A stretch of DNA of 64,000 nt, from assembly GCA_963701025.1 (NCBI GenBank), contig OY969557.1, forward strand, positions 234,405-298,404, in the 5' to 3' direction. A program made the position numbers and the translations under genes. Source of the DNA: an uncultured bacterium (lineage in GTDB: Bacteria > Patescibacteriota > Minisyncoccia > Phycocordibacterales > PALSA-1337). The notes under the pieces are model-generated. The model saw only the letters and a list, made by a program, of their open reading frames with translations. It had not been told where the DNA came from and searched no databases. Positions 46,187 through 54,091 of the stretch are shown piece after piece. The stretch's first letter is position 1, and every line of letters begins with the position of its first letter.

Positions 46187-47326
46187 ATGACATTCAAATT
46201 TAAAGTTAGTTCGTTCAGAAATCAGTATGAGTCTCTCGATGGTAGACGTCTATGTGTCTTTACTGCTCTTGTTGGAAATATCCCTGCCGAGTGGGAAGAT
46301 TGGCGAGATGTTAACGTGCGAGATACCAATAAACGAGGTGATGTATTCAATGCGATTATCGATACTCTTAGAAATGAACCTGAGGAAATGATCTTCCGTA
46401 ATCTAGGAATTACAATCCTGGCACCGGAAGTGGAGTTCGATAATAAAACAAATGAAGTTACTGTCGTTTTCTCCGATAAGACAAAACACGGTATTGCGAA
46501 CGGTGGACACACTTTCTCCGCTATTCGCGAAGTACTTCGCACAGACAGCGATGTTAACGCAGAGATAAAAGTAGAGTGCATCGTGGGTAACCTTGATACT
46601 GATAATCGTGTCTCAATCGTTGATGGACGTAATAGATCACGCGCAGCTCAAACACATTCTCTTGAAAATCTCCGTGAGTCTTACAAGCCCATCGAGAAAG
46701 TTCTCACGAGTCCCTATTACAAAGATAGAATCGCTTATTCGGAGTTCGAAATTAGCGAGAACGGTAAACGTAAAGACATATCGATTCGAGAAATACTCTC
46801 TTACATCTACTGTTTAGACGCATTCGAAAAAAATGTGCACCCGATCCAAGCATATTCATCAAAAGGAGCTGTTGTCGACTTCTATGCGAGTAAAGATGAA
46901 AAAGGAAGAGAACGAAATGAGATACTTGCTCGTGCAAGTAAGATCTTGCCAGATATTCTTCAACTTCGTGATGTAATCTACCGCGATCTTCCCCAAGCTT
47001 ATAATGATGCAGGTGGTAAATTCGGAGGACTCGAGACAATGGGTGTTTCCAAGTACGCTGACCCACATCCCCTTCGATTCTTGGATGATGTAACGGAATT
47101 CAATTATCCAGATGGGTTTATCTATCCGATTCTGGCAGCATTCCGAAAGCACATTGATCACAGAGGTGAGTGGTCTTGGAAAGAGAACCAGAACCCTTTT
47201 GAGCTTTGGGAAAAGAGAAAACTTGATGTTGCGGCGGCTATGAAAGATGCTACTAAAGATGCTGCAAATGCAAACAAAATGGGTAAGGCAGGAATTACAT
47301 GGCGTGTGTGTTACGACGCTCTCTAA
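46187..47326 (+). CDS. Defence-island protein, possibly AIPR/DGQHR(DndB)-like (uncertain family)
   Basis: 379 aa. The HGIANGGHTFSAI block resembles the xNGxQT / DGQHR-type motif of the AIPR/DndB-like families. The gene sits between an IS and a restriction-modification module in a low-GC island. The family assignment comes from recollection of motifs only. Confidence 0.3.
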   Translation: MTFKFKVSSFRNQYESLDGRRLCVFTALVGNIPAEWEDWRDVNVRDTNKRGDVFNAIIDTLRNEPEEMIFRNLGITILAPEVEFDNKTNEVTVVFSDKTKHGIANGGHTFSAIREVLRTDSDVNAEIKVECIVGNLDTDNRVSIVDGRNRSRAAQTHSLENLRESYKPIEKVLTSPYYKDRIAYSEFEISENGKRKDISIREILSYIYCLDAFEKNVHPIQAYSSKGAVVDFYASKDEKGRERNEILARASKILPDILQLRDVIYRDLPQAYNDAGGKFGGLETMGVSKYADPHPLRFLDDVTEFNYPDGFIYPILAAFRKHIDHRGEWSWKENQNPFELWEKRKLDVAAAMKDATKDAANANKMGKAGITWRVCYDAL

Positions 47327-47337
47327 ACACTATCCAT

Positions 47338-47371
47338 CAAGAAGCCCCTTCGGGGGCTTCTTGATTTGTAT
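47338..47371. terminator. Bidirectional rho-independent terminator (CAAGAAGCCCC-TTCG-GGGGCTTCTTG + ATTTGTAT)
   Basis: Perfect 11-bp stem with a tetraloop, between two convergent genes. Confidence 0.75.
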
Positions 47372-47373
47372 AA

Positions 47374-47823
47374 TCATCTTCCTTTCTGCATCTTCTCCAA
47401 GTCTTTCGGCATATATCTGATCACATTTCCTTTGCTGTCTACTGAAAATATATGCAGTAGTAACTTCTTCGCAATCTGATACGGAATTCGTCGAATCGCC
47501 TTGTCAGCTGCTCCTTTGGGTAATCCAAGACCATAATAATATCTGGTTGAACCGGACGTATTCATCCTCGTGATAATTTGCCCGAGTGAATATACGAAAG
47601 CAACTTCCTCACTTGAACTATCCTTAGCACCTTTAGCTTCAATCAAATAATAACGACTGTATTTATTGTGACATGCTTTGATATCAACACCGCGACCGCT
47701 TAATGTTGCAATCTTTATGATCTTCCAGTCATGTTTAGACAACCATGTGATTATGGAATTCTGAACAAAATCTTCGGCAATGGCACGGTCGTTAGTAGCC
47801 ATAAAATTATGAAGCCGTCTCAA
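47374..47823 (-). CDS. Small PD-(D/E)xK-like protein, last gene of the R-M operon (function unknown)
   Basis: 149 aa. The sequence GRGVDIKA...YYLIEAKG fits the D...(D/E)xK nuclease core. It overlaps the upstream MutH-like gene by 17 nt. Confidence 0.35.
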   Translation of the reverse strand: MRRLHNFMATNDRAIAEDFVQNSIITWLSKHDWKIIKIATLSGRGVDIKACHNKYSRYYLIEAKGAKDSSSEEVAFVYSLGQIITRMNTSGSTRYYYGLGLPKGAADKAIRRIPYQIAKKLLLHIFSVDSKGNVIRYMPKDLEKMQKGR

Positions 47824-48427
47824 AAATCTTTTTTACCAACCCTGTCCTGGCATAAAAAGCTCTGCTCGTAGATCCGTGGCCAGCTCCTTTTGTTCTAGCC
47901 TGTATCCATTTACCATCTGCACCAGTCAACGCCTCAAATCCTTCTTTGATAAGTTTATTGCGAATAAAATCATAATCTGCCTTGATCTCCAATATCAATT
48001 CATCATCTTCCGTGGAATCAAAACTGACTACTTTCAACAGCTTGCCGTCTTCCGAATTCTGACCATTCCATAAAACTGCGCAAAATACGATTGTCTTTAG
48101 TTTGCTCCAACAATGGCTTTCAAAAAATGAATGCTGTTTAAGCTCCTCCGGATTGATCATTGTAATCGCCATTGTTTCCTTCGGCACAAGCTCCTCTTTT
48201 ACATAGTGAAAAGCAACAGATTTCAATTCGTAAGTTAGACCATTTGGAGCCTTTGAAACATTAGTCTGTAAGCCGGCTAACCGTTCAAGGACCAAACCCT
48301 TCCAACCCTTATTCTGCTTGCCAGTTTCATAGGTCGTAATACCGTGCTTTAACGCAAGTTCTCGCAAATCCTTACCAACATATTTCTTTAGGTTTTTTAT
48401 CGCTGTGGCGCGAGTTATGATTTTCAT
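47807..48427 (-). CDS. MutH/Sau3AI-family (GATC-type) restriction endonuclease
   Basis: 206 aa. The N-terminal GKDLRELALKHGITTYETGKQNKGWKGLVLERLAGL and the ELKS...E.K core resemble MutH/DpnII/MboI-type enzymes. Translationally coupled to the methyltransferase (4-nt overlap). Confidence 0.5.
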   Translation of the reverse strand: MKIITRATAIKNLKKYVGKDLRELALKHGITTYETGKQNKGWKGLVLERLAGLQTNVSKAPNGLTYELKSVAFHYVKEELVPKETMAITMINPEELKQHSFFESHCWSKLKTIVFCAVLWNGQNSEDGKLLKVVSFDSTEDDELILEIKADYDFIRNKLIKEGFEALTGADGKWIQARTKGAGHGSTSRAFYARTGLVKKIFETAS

Positions 48428-49257
48428 ATTAGTGCTTTATTCATATCGAGAAAACGCTTCTTTGATAATTCAAGATAATTTTTTTCTAAATCGACACCTA
48501 CAAATTTTCTCCCATTCGATACCGCCGCTATGCCAGTTGTAGAGCTACCGGCAAATGGATCTAGAACAATATCACCCTTGTTTGTACTTGCAAGGACAAT
48601 TCTTTTCAATAATTCAAGCGGTTTCTGCGTAGGGTGTTTTCCAAACTTTTTCTCATCCGGCTTCGGTGTCCCCACGGCCCATACAGATCGCATCTGCATA
48701 TTTGGCTTCTTTATAAAATCACCATTCCATTCGCCACCCTTCATTAAATCATAATTGAAAGTATGTTTCGCTTTTTTATCTTTCCTAGCCCAAATAAGAG
48801 TCTCATGACTTGCGGTAAAGAAACGACATGAAAGATTCGGGGAAGCATTTGGCTTAAACCAAGTGACATCATTCAAAATATGATATCCGAGAGACTGAAT
48901 GGCATGACCACATTGGTAAATTGAATGATACGTGCCGGATACCCAAAGAGTTCCGCCAGGCTTCAACACTCGTCTGCATGCCTCTAACCATTTATGATGG
49001 AAATCATAATCGGCATCAAAACCGTTACTTTTATCCCAGTTACCCTTATTGACGCTTACCATTTTGCCAGCATGAACAGTAAATCCGCCGTTTGATAGAT
49101 TGTAAGGCGGATCAGCAAAAATCATGTCGATCGAATCTTCTCGCAATTGATTCATTAGCTGTATAGAATCACCGAGATACAGCACAAAATTATCCTTCTT
49201 GAAGTAAGGCTGCATTTCGATTGTTGCAAGGATTTTAGGTGTAGCTATTAGTGGCAT
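48424..49257 (-). CDS. Beta-class DNA methyltransferase (N6-adenine or N4-cytosine; DPPY motif)
   Basis: Motif IV (IFADPPYNLSNGG) precedes motif I (DPFAGSSTTGIAAV), the beta-class order. 277 aa. Confidence 0.8.
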   Translation of the reverse strand: MPLIATPKILATIEMQPYFKKDNFVLYLGDSIQLMNQLREDSIDMIFADPPYNLSNGGFTVHAGKMVSVNKGNWDKSNGFDADYDFHHKWLEACRRVLKPGGTLWVSGTYHSIYQCGHAIQSLGYHILNDVTWFKPNASPNLSCRFFTASHETLIWARKDKKAKHTFNYDLMKGGEWNGDFIKKPNMQMRSVWAVGTPKPDEKKFGKHPTQKPLELLKRIVLASTNKGDIVLDPFAGSSTTGIAAVSNGRKFVGVDLEKNYLELSKKRFLDMNKALI

Positions 49258-49571
49258 GAGGGTACTTTACCATTTTTTTATCAATTTTTGAACTACCGGT
49301 CTCGGTCGCGACAAGCGGTTCATGGTCGCGGCAGAGGAAGCGCGTGGATGTCCGCTTCTCATCACGGACTCAATTCGCGCCTAGCTCATGTTGGCATGGC
49401 GAGAGCGGCCAACGGTCTGTGCGTTACAGACTGTTGGGTAAGCGGAGCCATGCGAACAGGAGCGTAAGGCGCGCCACAATACCCTATTTGGAAGCGGACA
49501 TGCTCGCGCTTCCATCACTCCGTCGTAGCCACAAAACATTATCCGCGACCGTGTACGGCTTGGCGCGCCAC

Positions 49572-49763
49572 TTACTTCTTTGTTTCCTTATCGTCTTTCT
49601 TTTTCCATTCTTCAATCCTAGCAAATGCCAGATAAAGATCCGCAAAACTATGGAGATATTCATTGGCGGTATCTTCCGATATATCTACACTGTGCTCTTC
49701 CTTAAAGCACCGAACTGTTCTTTCTATCAGTTCCTGACTGAAACGAAATGGTTTATAGTCCAT
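49572..49763 (-). CDS. Hypothetical 63-aa protein
   Basis: Small ORF in the island, preceded on its strand by TGTGGATAA, a DnaA-box-like sequence. Coding status uncertain. Confidence 0.2.
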   Translation of the reverse strand: MDYKPFRFSQELIERTVRCFKEEHSVDISEDTANEYLHSFADLYLAFARIEEWKKKDDKETKK

Positions 49764-50310
49764 AAATGTTAAAAACGGTTATCCACACTTTTTGATAATA
49801 TGGCTTGACCTTATGAGCCATGGGTATAAAATTACACCATAAAAGCCCATTGGGCAGTCCATACATAGTATGGATCAGGCGCTGGACGCCACTCTCCAAG
49901 TAGAGAGAAAAGAAACTTAAGAGGCATAATAAGTGACCTCACCTCTGCGTATTTCGATATACGCTCTCTGTTCTCATAAGTGACACAATCATGCCGGCCG
50001 TCTCAGCGGATGCTTTAGCGCCGCGGGACGGCGGGAGGGTTGACTTGATTATAGGCACACTTAAAGAGAACTCATTATAAGCCTAATTCTCTACTTGGTT
50101 GGTAACAAAGCTTACCCACTCCAAGCTCATCATCTCCGGCTCCACCATCGAGTCATACGAGTATAAAGAAAAATCACTCGCATACGGGTTCTCAAACTCC
50201 AAAGGCAAGAAGTCGAAAGAAAATAGTCGTCGTCAATGAAGAAACTCGTCTAAAGAAGATCGAATCCAGGAAGCGTTCCATGCAACGCTCCAATTCCAGA
50301 CTACGCAGGC

Positions 50311-50925
50311 TTGGTAAATGCCAATGCCTGGAAATGGATCAAAGAAACCGGTGAACCGTATCCACCAGTATTTGCCACCTTTACCTTCAAAGAAAGCGTC
50401 AAGGATATCAAGGTAGCCAATCGGATCTTCTCTCACTTCGTCAAACGTCTTAATTATGAGCTAGGCCATACAAAGAAATCGTTCCTGAAATACATCACGG
50501 TCATTGAATTTCAGGACTTTAGCCGTGACGGTGTCGTTCACTATCACAGCATCTTCTTTAACCTTGAGTATATACGCAAGGATATTCTGGCTGACATCTG
50601 GGGCCAGGGTTTCGTTCATATCAGAGCTATTGACCAGGTAAGCAACGCCGGGGCCTATATCTCCAAGTATCTGGTCAAACACTTCGAGGATGACCGCCTT
50701 GATGGACAGAAGCGGTACTTCTCGAGTCGTGGCCTACTGAAGCCCATTGAAATACTGGATCAATTCAAAGCTGACAGCATATCGTCTCTGATTCCTGCTC
50801 CATATCTGGCCAAGCAGAAGGAATTCACGAGCAAATATCAGGGCAAGGTCGAATACAAGCAATATCTCCTCGAGAGGACGCAGTCGATTAACGATGTCGT
50901 TCCAGATCTCGACCTACTCCTATGA
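50311..50925 (+). CDS. HUH-superfamily rolling-circle replication initiator (two-tyrosine YxxKY type, phiX174 gpA-like); TTG start, possibly frameshifted N-terminal extension
   Basis: Motif 1 FATFTF, motif 2 HUH (VVHYHSIFF), and motif 3 AYISKYLVK (YxxKY). An upstream ORF fragment in another frame (50096-50238, ...KLTHSKLIISGSTIESYEYKEK...) could be a displaced N-terminus. Confidence 0.65.
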   Translation: MVNANAWKWIKETGEPYPPVFATFTFKESVKDIKVANRIFSHFVKRLNYELGHTKKSFLKYITVIEFQDFSRDGVVHYHSIFFNLEYIRKDILADIWGQGFVHIRAIDQVSNAGAYISKYLVKHFEDDRLDGQKRYFSSRGLLKPIEILDQFKADSISSLIPAPYLAKQKEFTSKYQGKVEYKQYLLERTQSINDVVPDLDLLL

Positions 50926-51104
50926 TTGATATTGCCGCATTGAAAAAGATCGACCCGGAATTGGCCAAAGTTTCCGACACGGAAGCGCTTGAAATCCGTG
51001 ACTTACTTTACCGCATGGCTGATTTAGCTCTCAAGAATTATTATGAGGACGAAAATGTTTCCAAATATCCCATTGGGGATAGCGCCACTTGCAAACAGTT
51101 GTAG
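50922..51104 (+). CDS. Hypothetical 60-aa protein overlapping the rep stop (ATGA)
   Basis: Translationally coupled small ORF within the element. Confidence 0.35.
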   Translation: MIDIAALKKIDPELAKVSDTEALEIRDLLYRMADLALKNYYEDENVSKYPIGDSATCKQL

Positions 51105-51116
51105 TAAAATACATAC

Positions 51117-52640
51117 ATGAACGAAAATCTTTTCAAAAATGGAATAATCTACTGTCGCGTTTCTTCAACCGAACAAGTTGACGGTACCTCTCTTGAATCA
51201 CAGGAAAAGGTCTGCCGTGAGTTCTGCGTGCGCGAACACATCCAAGTCTTGAAAGTATTCGTGGAAAAAGGAGAATCCGCCAAGACGGCTGAACGCACTG
51301 AATTTATCAATGCCATTAGCTTCTGCTCTGACAAAAAGAATGCCGTCGATTATTTCGTCGTCTACAAGCTAGATCGCTTCGCCCGAAATCAGGCCGATCA
51401 CATTACCGTCAGACAAACTTTGAAGAAATACCATACTGAATTGAAATCAGTCACTGAACCAATTAGCGACAGTCCGGTTGGAAAAATGATGGAGGGCATA
51501 CTTTCAGCTTTTGCCGAATTCGACAATAACGTACGCACCGAAAGAAGCGTCAACGGTATGAAAGAGCGCATCAAGCAAGGAATATGGGTCTGGCAGGCTC
51601 CTATGGGCTATTGCAGAACAGAAAAAGGGGCTAACCTCACTCCACATCCAACCTACGCCCCATTTATTAAAATGATATTTGAAGAATACGCCAAAGGTAT
51701 TCATACGTTCGACTCACTCGCCAAACACGCTACAAATCGCGGCTTTACTATGAAAAATGGCAAACCGGCTATTCCGCAACTTATCGAAAAGATTATTCGC
51801 AATCCTCTCTACTGCGGAAGAATCAAAGTATGGGATATAGAAATCAAAGGCAAATTTGAACCTATAATAACCGAACGCCTATTCGATCAATGTCAAGAAA
51901 GTGGTAAGCGCAAACCAAAGACTCCACGACTGGCAAAAAACAGTGACTTTCCGTTAAGAAAGCTGGCGACATGTGAATTCTGCAATAAGCCCCTAACTGG
52001 AAGCAAGGCCACTGGCAGACAAGGACAGAAATATCCGTATTACCATCATCACAAGCAAAACTGTGAACATGCCGCCTTTGTACCAAAAGCTCACTTCGAG
52101 CAAATGTTTGTAGAGTACCTCCAAGAGATAACGCCAAGCTTCAAATTCGAGGAATCCTTCAAAGCTATAGTCCTCGATATCTGGAAAAATAACTTCAAGA
52201 AATTCGACGAGGAAAATGAGCAGATTAAAAAAGCAGTCACTGTGCTAGAACAAAAAAGACAACGCGTATTCGATCTCCACCAAGATAAAACTTACACGGA
52301 TCAGGAATTCAAAGATCAGAAAAACATCATTGACGACAAGATCAAGAAACACATGAGCTTAATGCACGAGAAATACGACAAAGAATTCAAGATGGATGCC
52401 GCCTTGGAATACTGCTTTGACTTCGTGAGAAATACCGCCAGCACATGGGTAAAGCTCGCAAAGAAGCCGGAAGATCGTCTCTGTTTCCAAAAATTAGTGA
52501 TATCCGAAAATGTCCAATTTTCAGGAAACAAATTTGGAAACGCGAAACTAACCCCAATCTACAACCTATATCAGCAATTCTTACTCGATAAATCCCAATT
52601 GGTGACCCTACGGGGAGTCGAACCCCGATTCCAGCCTTGA
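51117..52640 (+). CDS. Large serine recombinase (integrase)
   Basis: Resolvase-type catalytic domain with the Ser motif IIYCRVSSTEQ, then a recombinase domain and a Cys-containing zinc-ribbon region (CEFCNKPLTGSKATGRQGQKYPYYHHHKQNCEH). 507 aa. The 3' end overlaps tRNA-Glu on the opposite strand. Confidence 0.85.
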   Translation: MNENLFKNGIIYCRVSSTEQVDGTSLESQEKVCREFCVREHIQVLKVFVEKGESAKTAERTEFINAISFCSDKKNAVDYFVVYKLDRFARNQADHITVRQTLKKYHTELKSVTEPISDSPVGKMMEGILSAFAEFDNNVRTERSVNGMKERIKQGIWVWQAPMGYCRTEKGANLTPHPTYAPFIKMIFEEYAKGIHTFDSLAKHATNRGFTMKNGKPAIPQLIEKIIRNPLYCGRIKVWDIEIKGKFEPIITERLFDQCQESGKRKPKTPRLAKNSDFPLRKLATCEFCNKPLTGSKATGRQGQKYPYYHHHKQNCEHAAFVPKAHFEQMFVEYLQEITPSFKFEESFKAIVLDIWKNNFKKFDEENEQIKKAVTVLEQKRQRVFDLHQDKTYTDQEFKDQKNIIDDKIKKHMSLMHEKYDKEFKMDAALEYCFDFVRNTASTWVKLAKKPEDRLCFQKLVISENVQFSGNKFGNAKLTPIYNLYQQFLLDKSQLVTLRGVEPRFQP

Positions 52641-52674
52641 GAAGGCCGTGTCCTGACCATTAGACGATAGGGCC
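52600..52674 (-). tRNA. tRNA-Glu (anticodon CTC), 3' CCA encoded
   Basis: GGCCCTATCGTCTAATGGTCAGGACACGGCCTTCTCAAGGCTGGAATCGGGGTTCGACTCCCCGTAGGGTCACCA. D-arm GTCTAATGGTCAGGAC is Glu-like; loop TTCTCAA. Confidence 0.7.
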
Positions 52675-52685
52675 GCTATATTTAT

Positions 52686-54050
52686 TTACTGTTTATCGAG
52701 CCATTCCTTTTCCTGTCGCACGAGCAGTCTATCGGCTTTTCCTGGTTCTCGCAACAATGCCTTGCTCACCCGCTCGAGCCGTGGTGATTGGGATCCTTTG
52801 ACGAGAATAATGTCTCCGGGGCGAACAAGGGACGGGACGAATGCGGCAGCTTCAGCAGATGACTCGAATGAATGTACGACACCGGCGGGCATGCCGGCCT
52901 TGACGGCTTCTTCGGCCGTGGCGCGTGAACGCAAGCCGATGGTGACGAGGATGCCGGATGATCCGAGGACGGCGGCGGCTTCCCTGCCGATGGCGCGGTG
53001 CTCATCTGCTGAATACGCCCCGAGCTCCATCATATCCCCGAGAACGGCGATCTTCCGGCCGGCGGCCGAGCCGTCAGATGAAACGATATTTATTTCTTTG
53101 AGCGCCTGCAAGGCGGCGCGGGCGGCGTCGGGAGAGGAATTGTAGGTGTCGTCGATGATCGTCGAGCCGTTCACGCCGGGAATGACATTCATCCTGCCTT
53201 TCGGCGCTTCATATGCGTTCAAGGCGGCTACAATGGCCGCTACCGGCATGCCACGCGCTTTGCCCACGGCGGCGGCGGCGAGAAGCGGATACATATACGT
53301 CTTGCCGATTATATTCTTCAAGGTTATCGGCACGCTATTGCCGTCCATGCCGAGCTTGAAAGATATGCCGGCTGGCGCGCCATTTTCATATGTGACGGCA
53401 TCATCGGATCCGCGCACGTTGGCGGTCGAAACTGTACCGAAAGTGATGACCGTGGCTTCCTTGTCATTCATCGTGCCATTCACACGGCCGGCCAATGCGG
53501 CGACCTTGGCGTCATCAGCGAAAAGGATGAGAGTCCCCTTTTTCTTGAGGCCGTCGGCCAATGAGGCTTTCTCCTCGAAGACCTGCGCCGGGGATTTGAA
53601 AAATTCGACATGGACAGGCATGTCGCTCACTCTGGTGATGACGACGATGTCGGGATGGAGCCACTTCGCCACTTTCCTGATATCGCCCGGATGATCAGCT
53701 CCGATCTCGAGAATGAGGCATCGAGGATAATCGACATGATCCAGGATGATCCGCAATCCGGTGCCGATATTCCTCATCCAACCCGAAAGGCTCCGCCAGG
53801 CATTCGGCGCGCCGATGACCGTGAGCGGCAGGCCGATCTCGCTGTTCATGCTCTTCTCGCTCTTACGTACATGCCCGTCGGTCCTGTCGCCAGGAGGAAC
53901 GAAATCCTTGAGCACGGAAAAGATGGCGTCCTTGGTCGTCGTCTTGCCCACCGAACCCGTCACCGCCACGATGAACGGCTTGTATTTGGCCAGGATGAGG
54001 CGCGATTCCAGAGTGAGTATGAAAACGATGAATTTCTTGACAGACGACAT
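52686..54050 (-). CDS. murF: UDP-N-acetylmuramoyl-tripeptide--D-alanyl-D-alanine ligase
   Basis: VAVTGSVGKTTTKDAI P-loop. Mur-ligase central and C-terminal domains. dcw context. Confidence 0.8.
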   Translation of the reverse strand: MSSVKKFIVFILTLESRLILAKYKPFIVAVTGSVGKTTTKDAIFSVLKDFVPPGDRTDGHVRKSEKSMNSEIGLPLTVIGAPNAWRSLSGWMRNIGTGLRIILDHVDYPRCLILEIGADHPGDIRKVAKWLHPDIVVITRVSDMPVHVEFFKSPAQVFEEKASLADGLKKKGTLILFADDAKVAALAGRVNGTMNDKEATVITFGTVSTANVRGSDDAVTYENGAPAGISFKLGMDGNSVPITLKNIIGKTYMYPLLAAAAVGKARGMPVAAIVAALNAYEAPKGRMNVIPGVNGSTIIDDTYNSSPDAARAALQALKEINIVSSDGSAAGRKIAVLGDMMELGAYSADEHRAIGREAAAVLGSSGILVTIGLRSRATAEEAVKAGMPAGVVHSFESSAEAAAFVPSLVRPGDIILVKGSQSPRLERVSKALLREPGKADRLLVRQEKEWLDKQ

Positions 54051-54091
54051 TCTTACATCTTAAATCATAAATCTTAAATCTCCTATTCCTG

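Noticed and set aside
47338-47371. CTTCTTGAT in the hairpin after the AIPR-like gene as a pC194-type Rep nick site (CTTGATA)
   Set aside because: The Rep here is of the two-tyrosine phiX type, not pC194 type. The motif lies 3 kb from rep and is fully explained as a bidirectional terminator, so it is probably coincidental.
49344-49772. 142-aa plus-strand ORF over the GC-rich segment
   Set aside because: Arg/Ser/Leu-rich composition, no start context, and it covers a hairpin-dense non-coding stretch. More likely non-coding.
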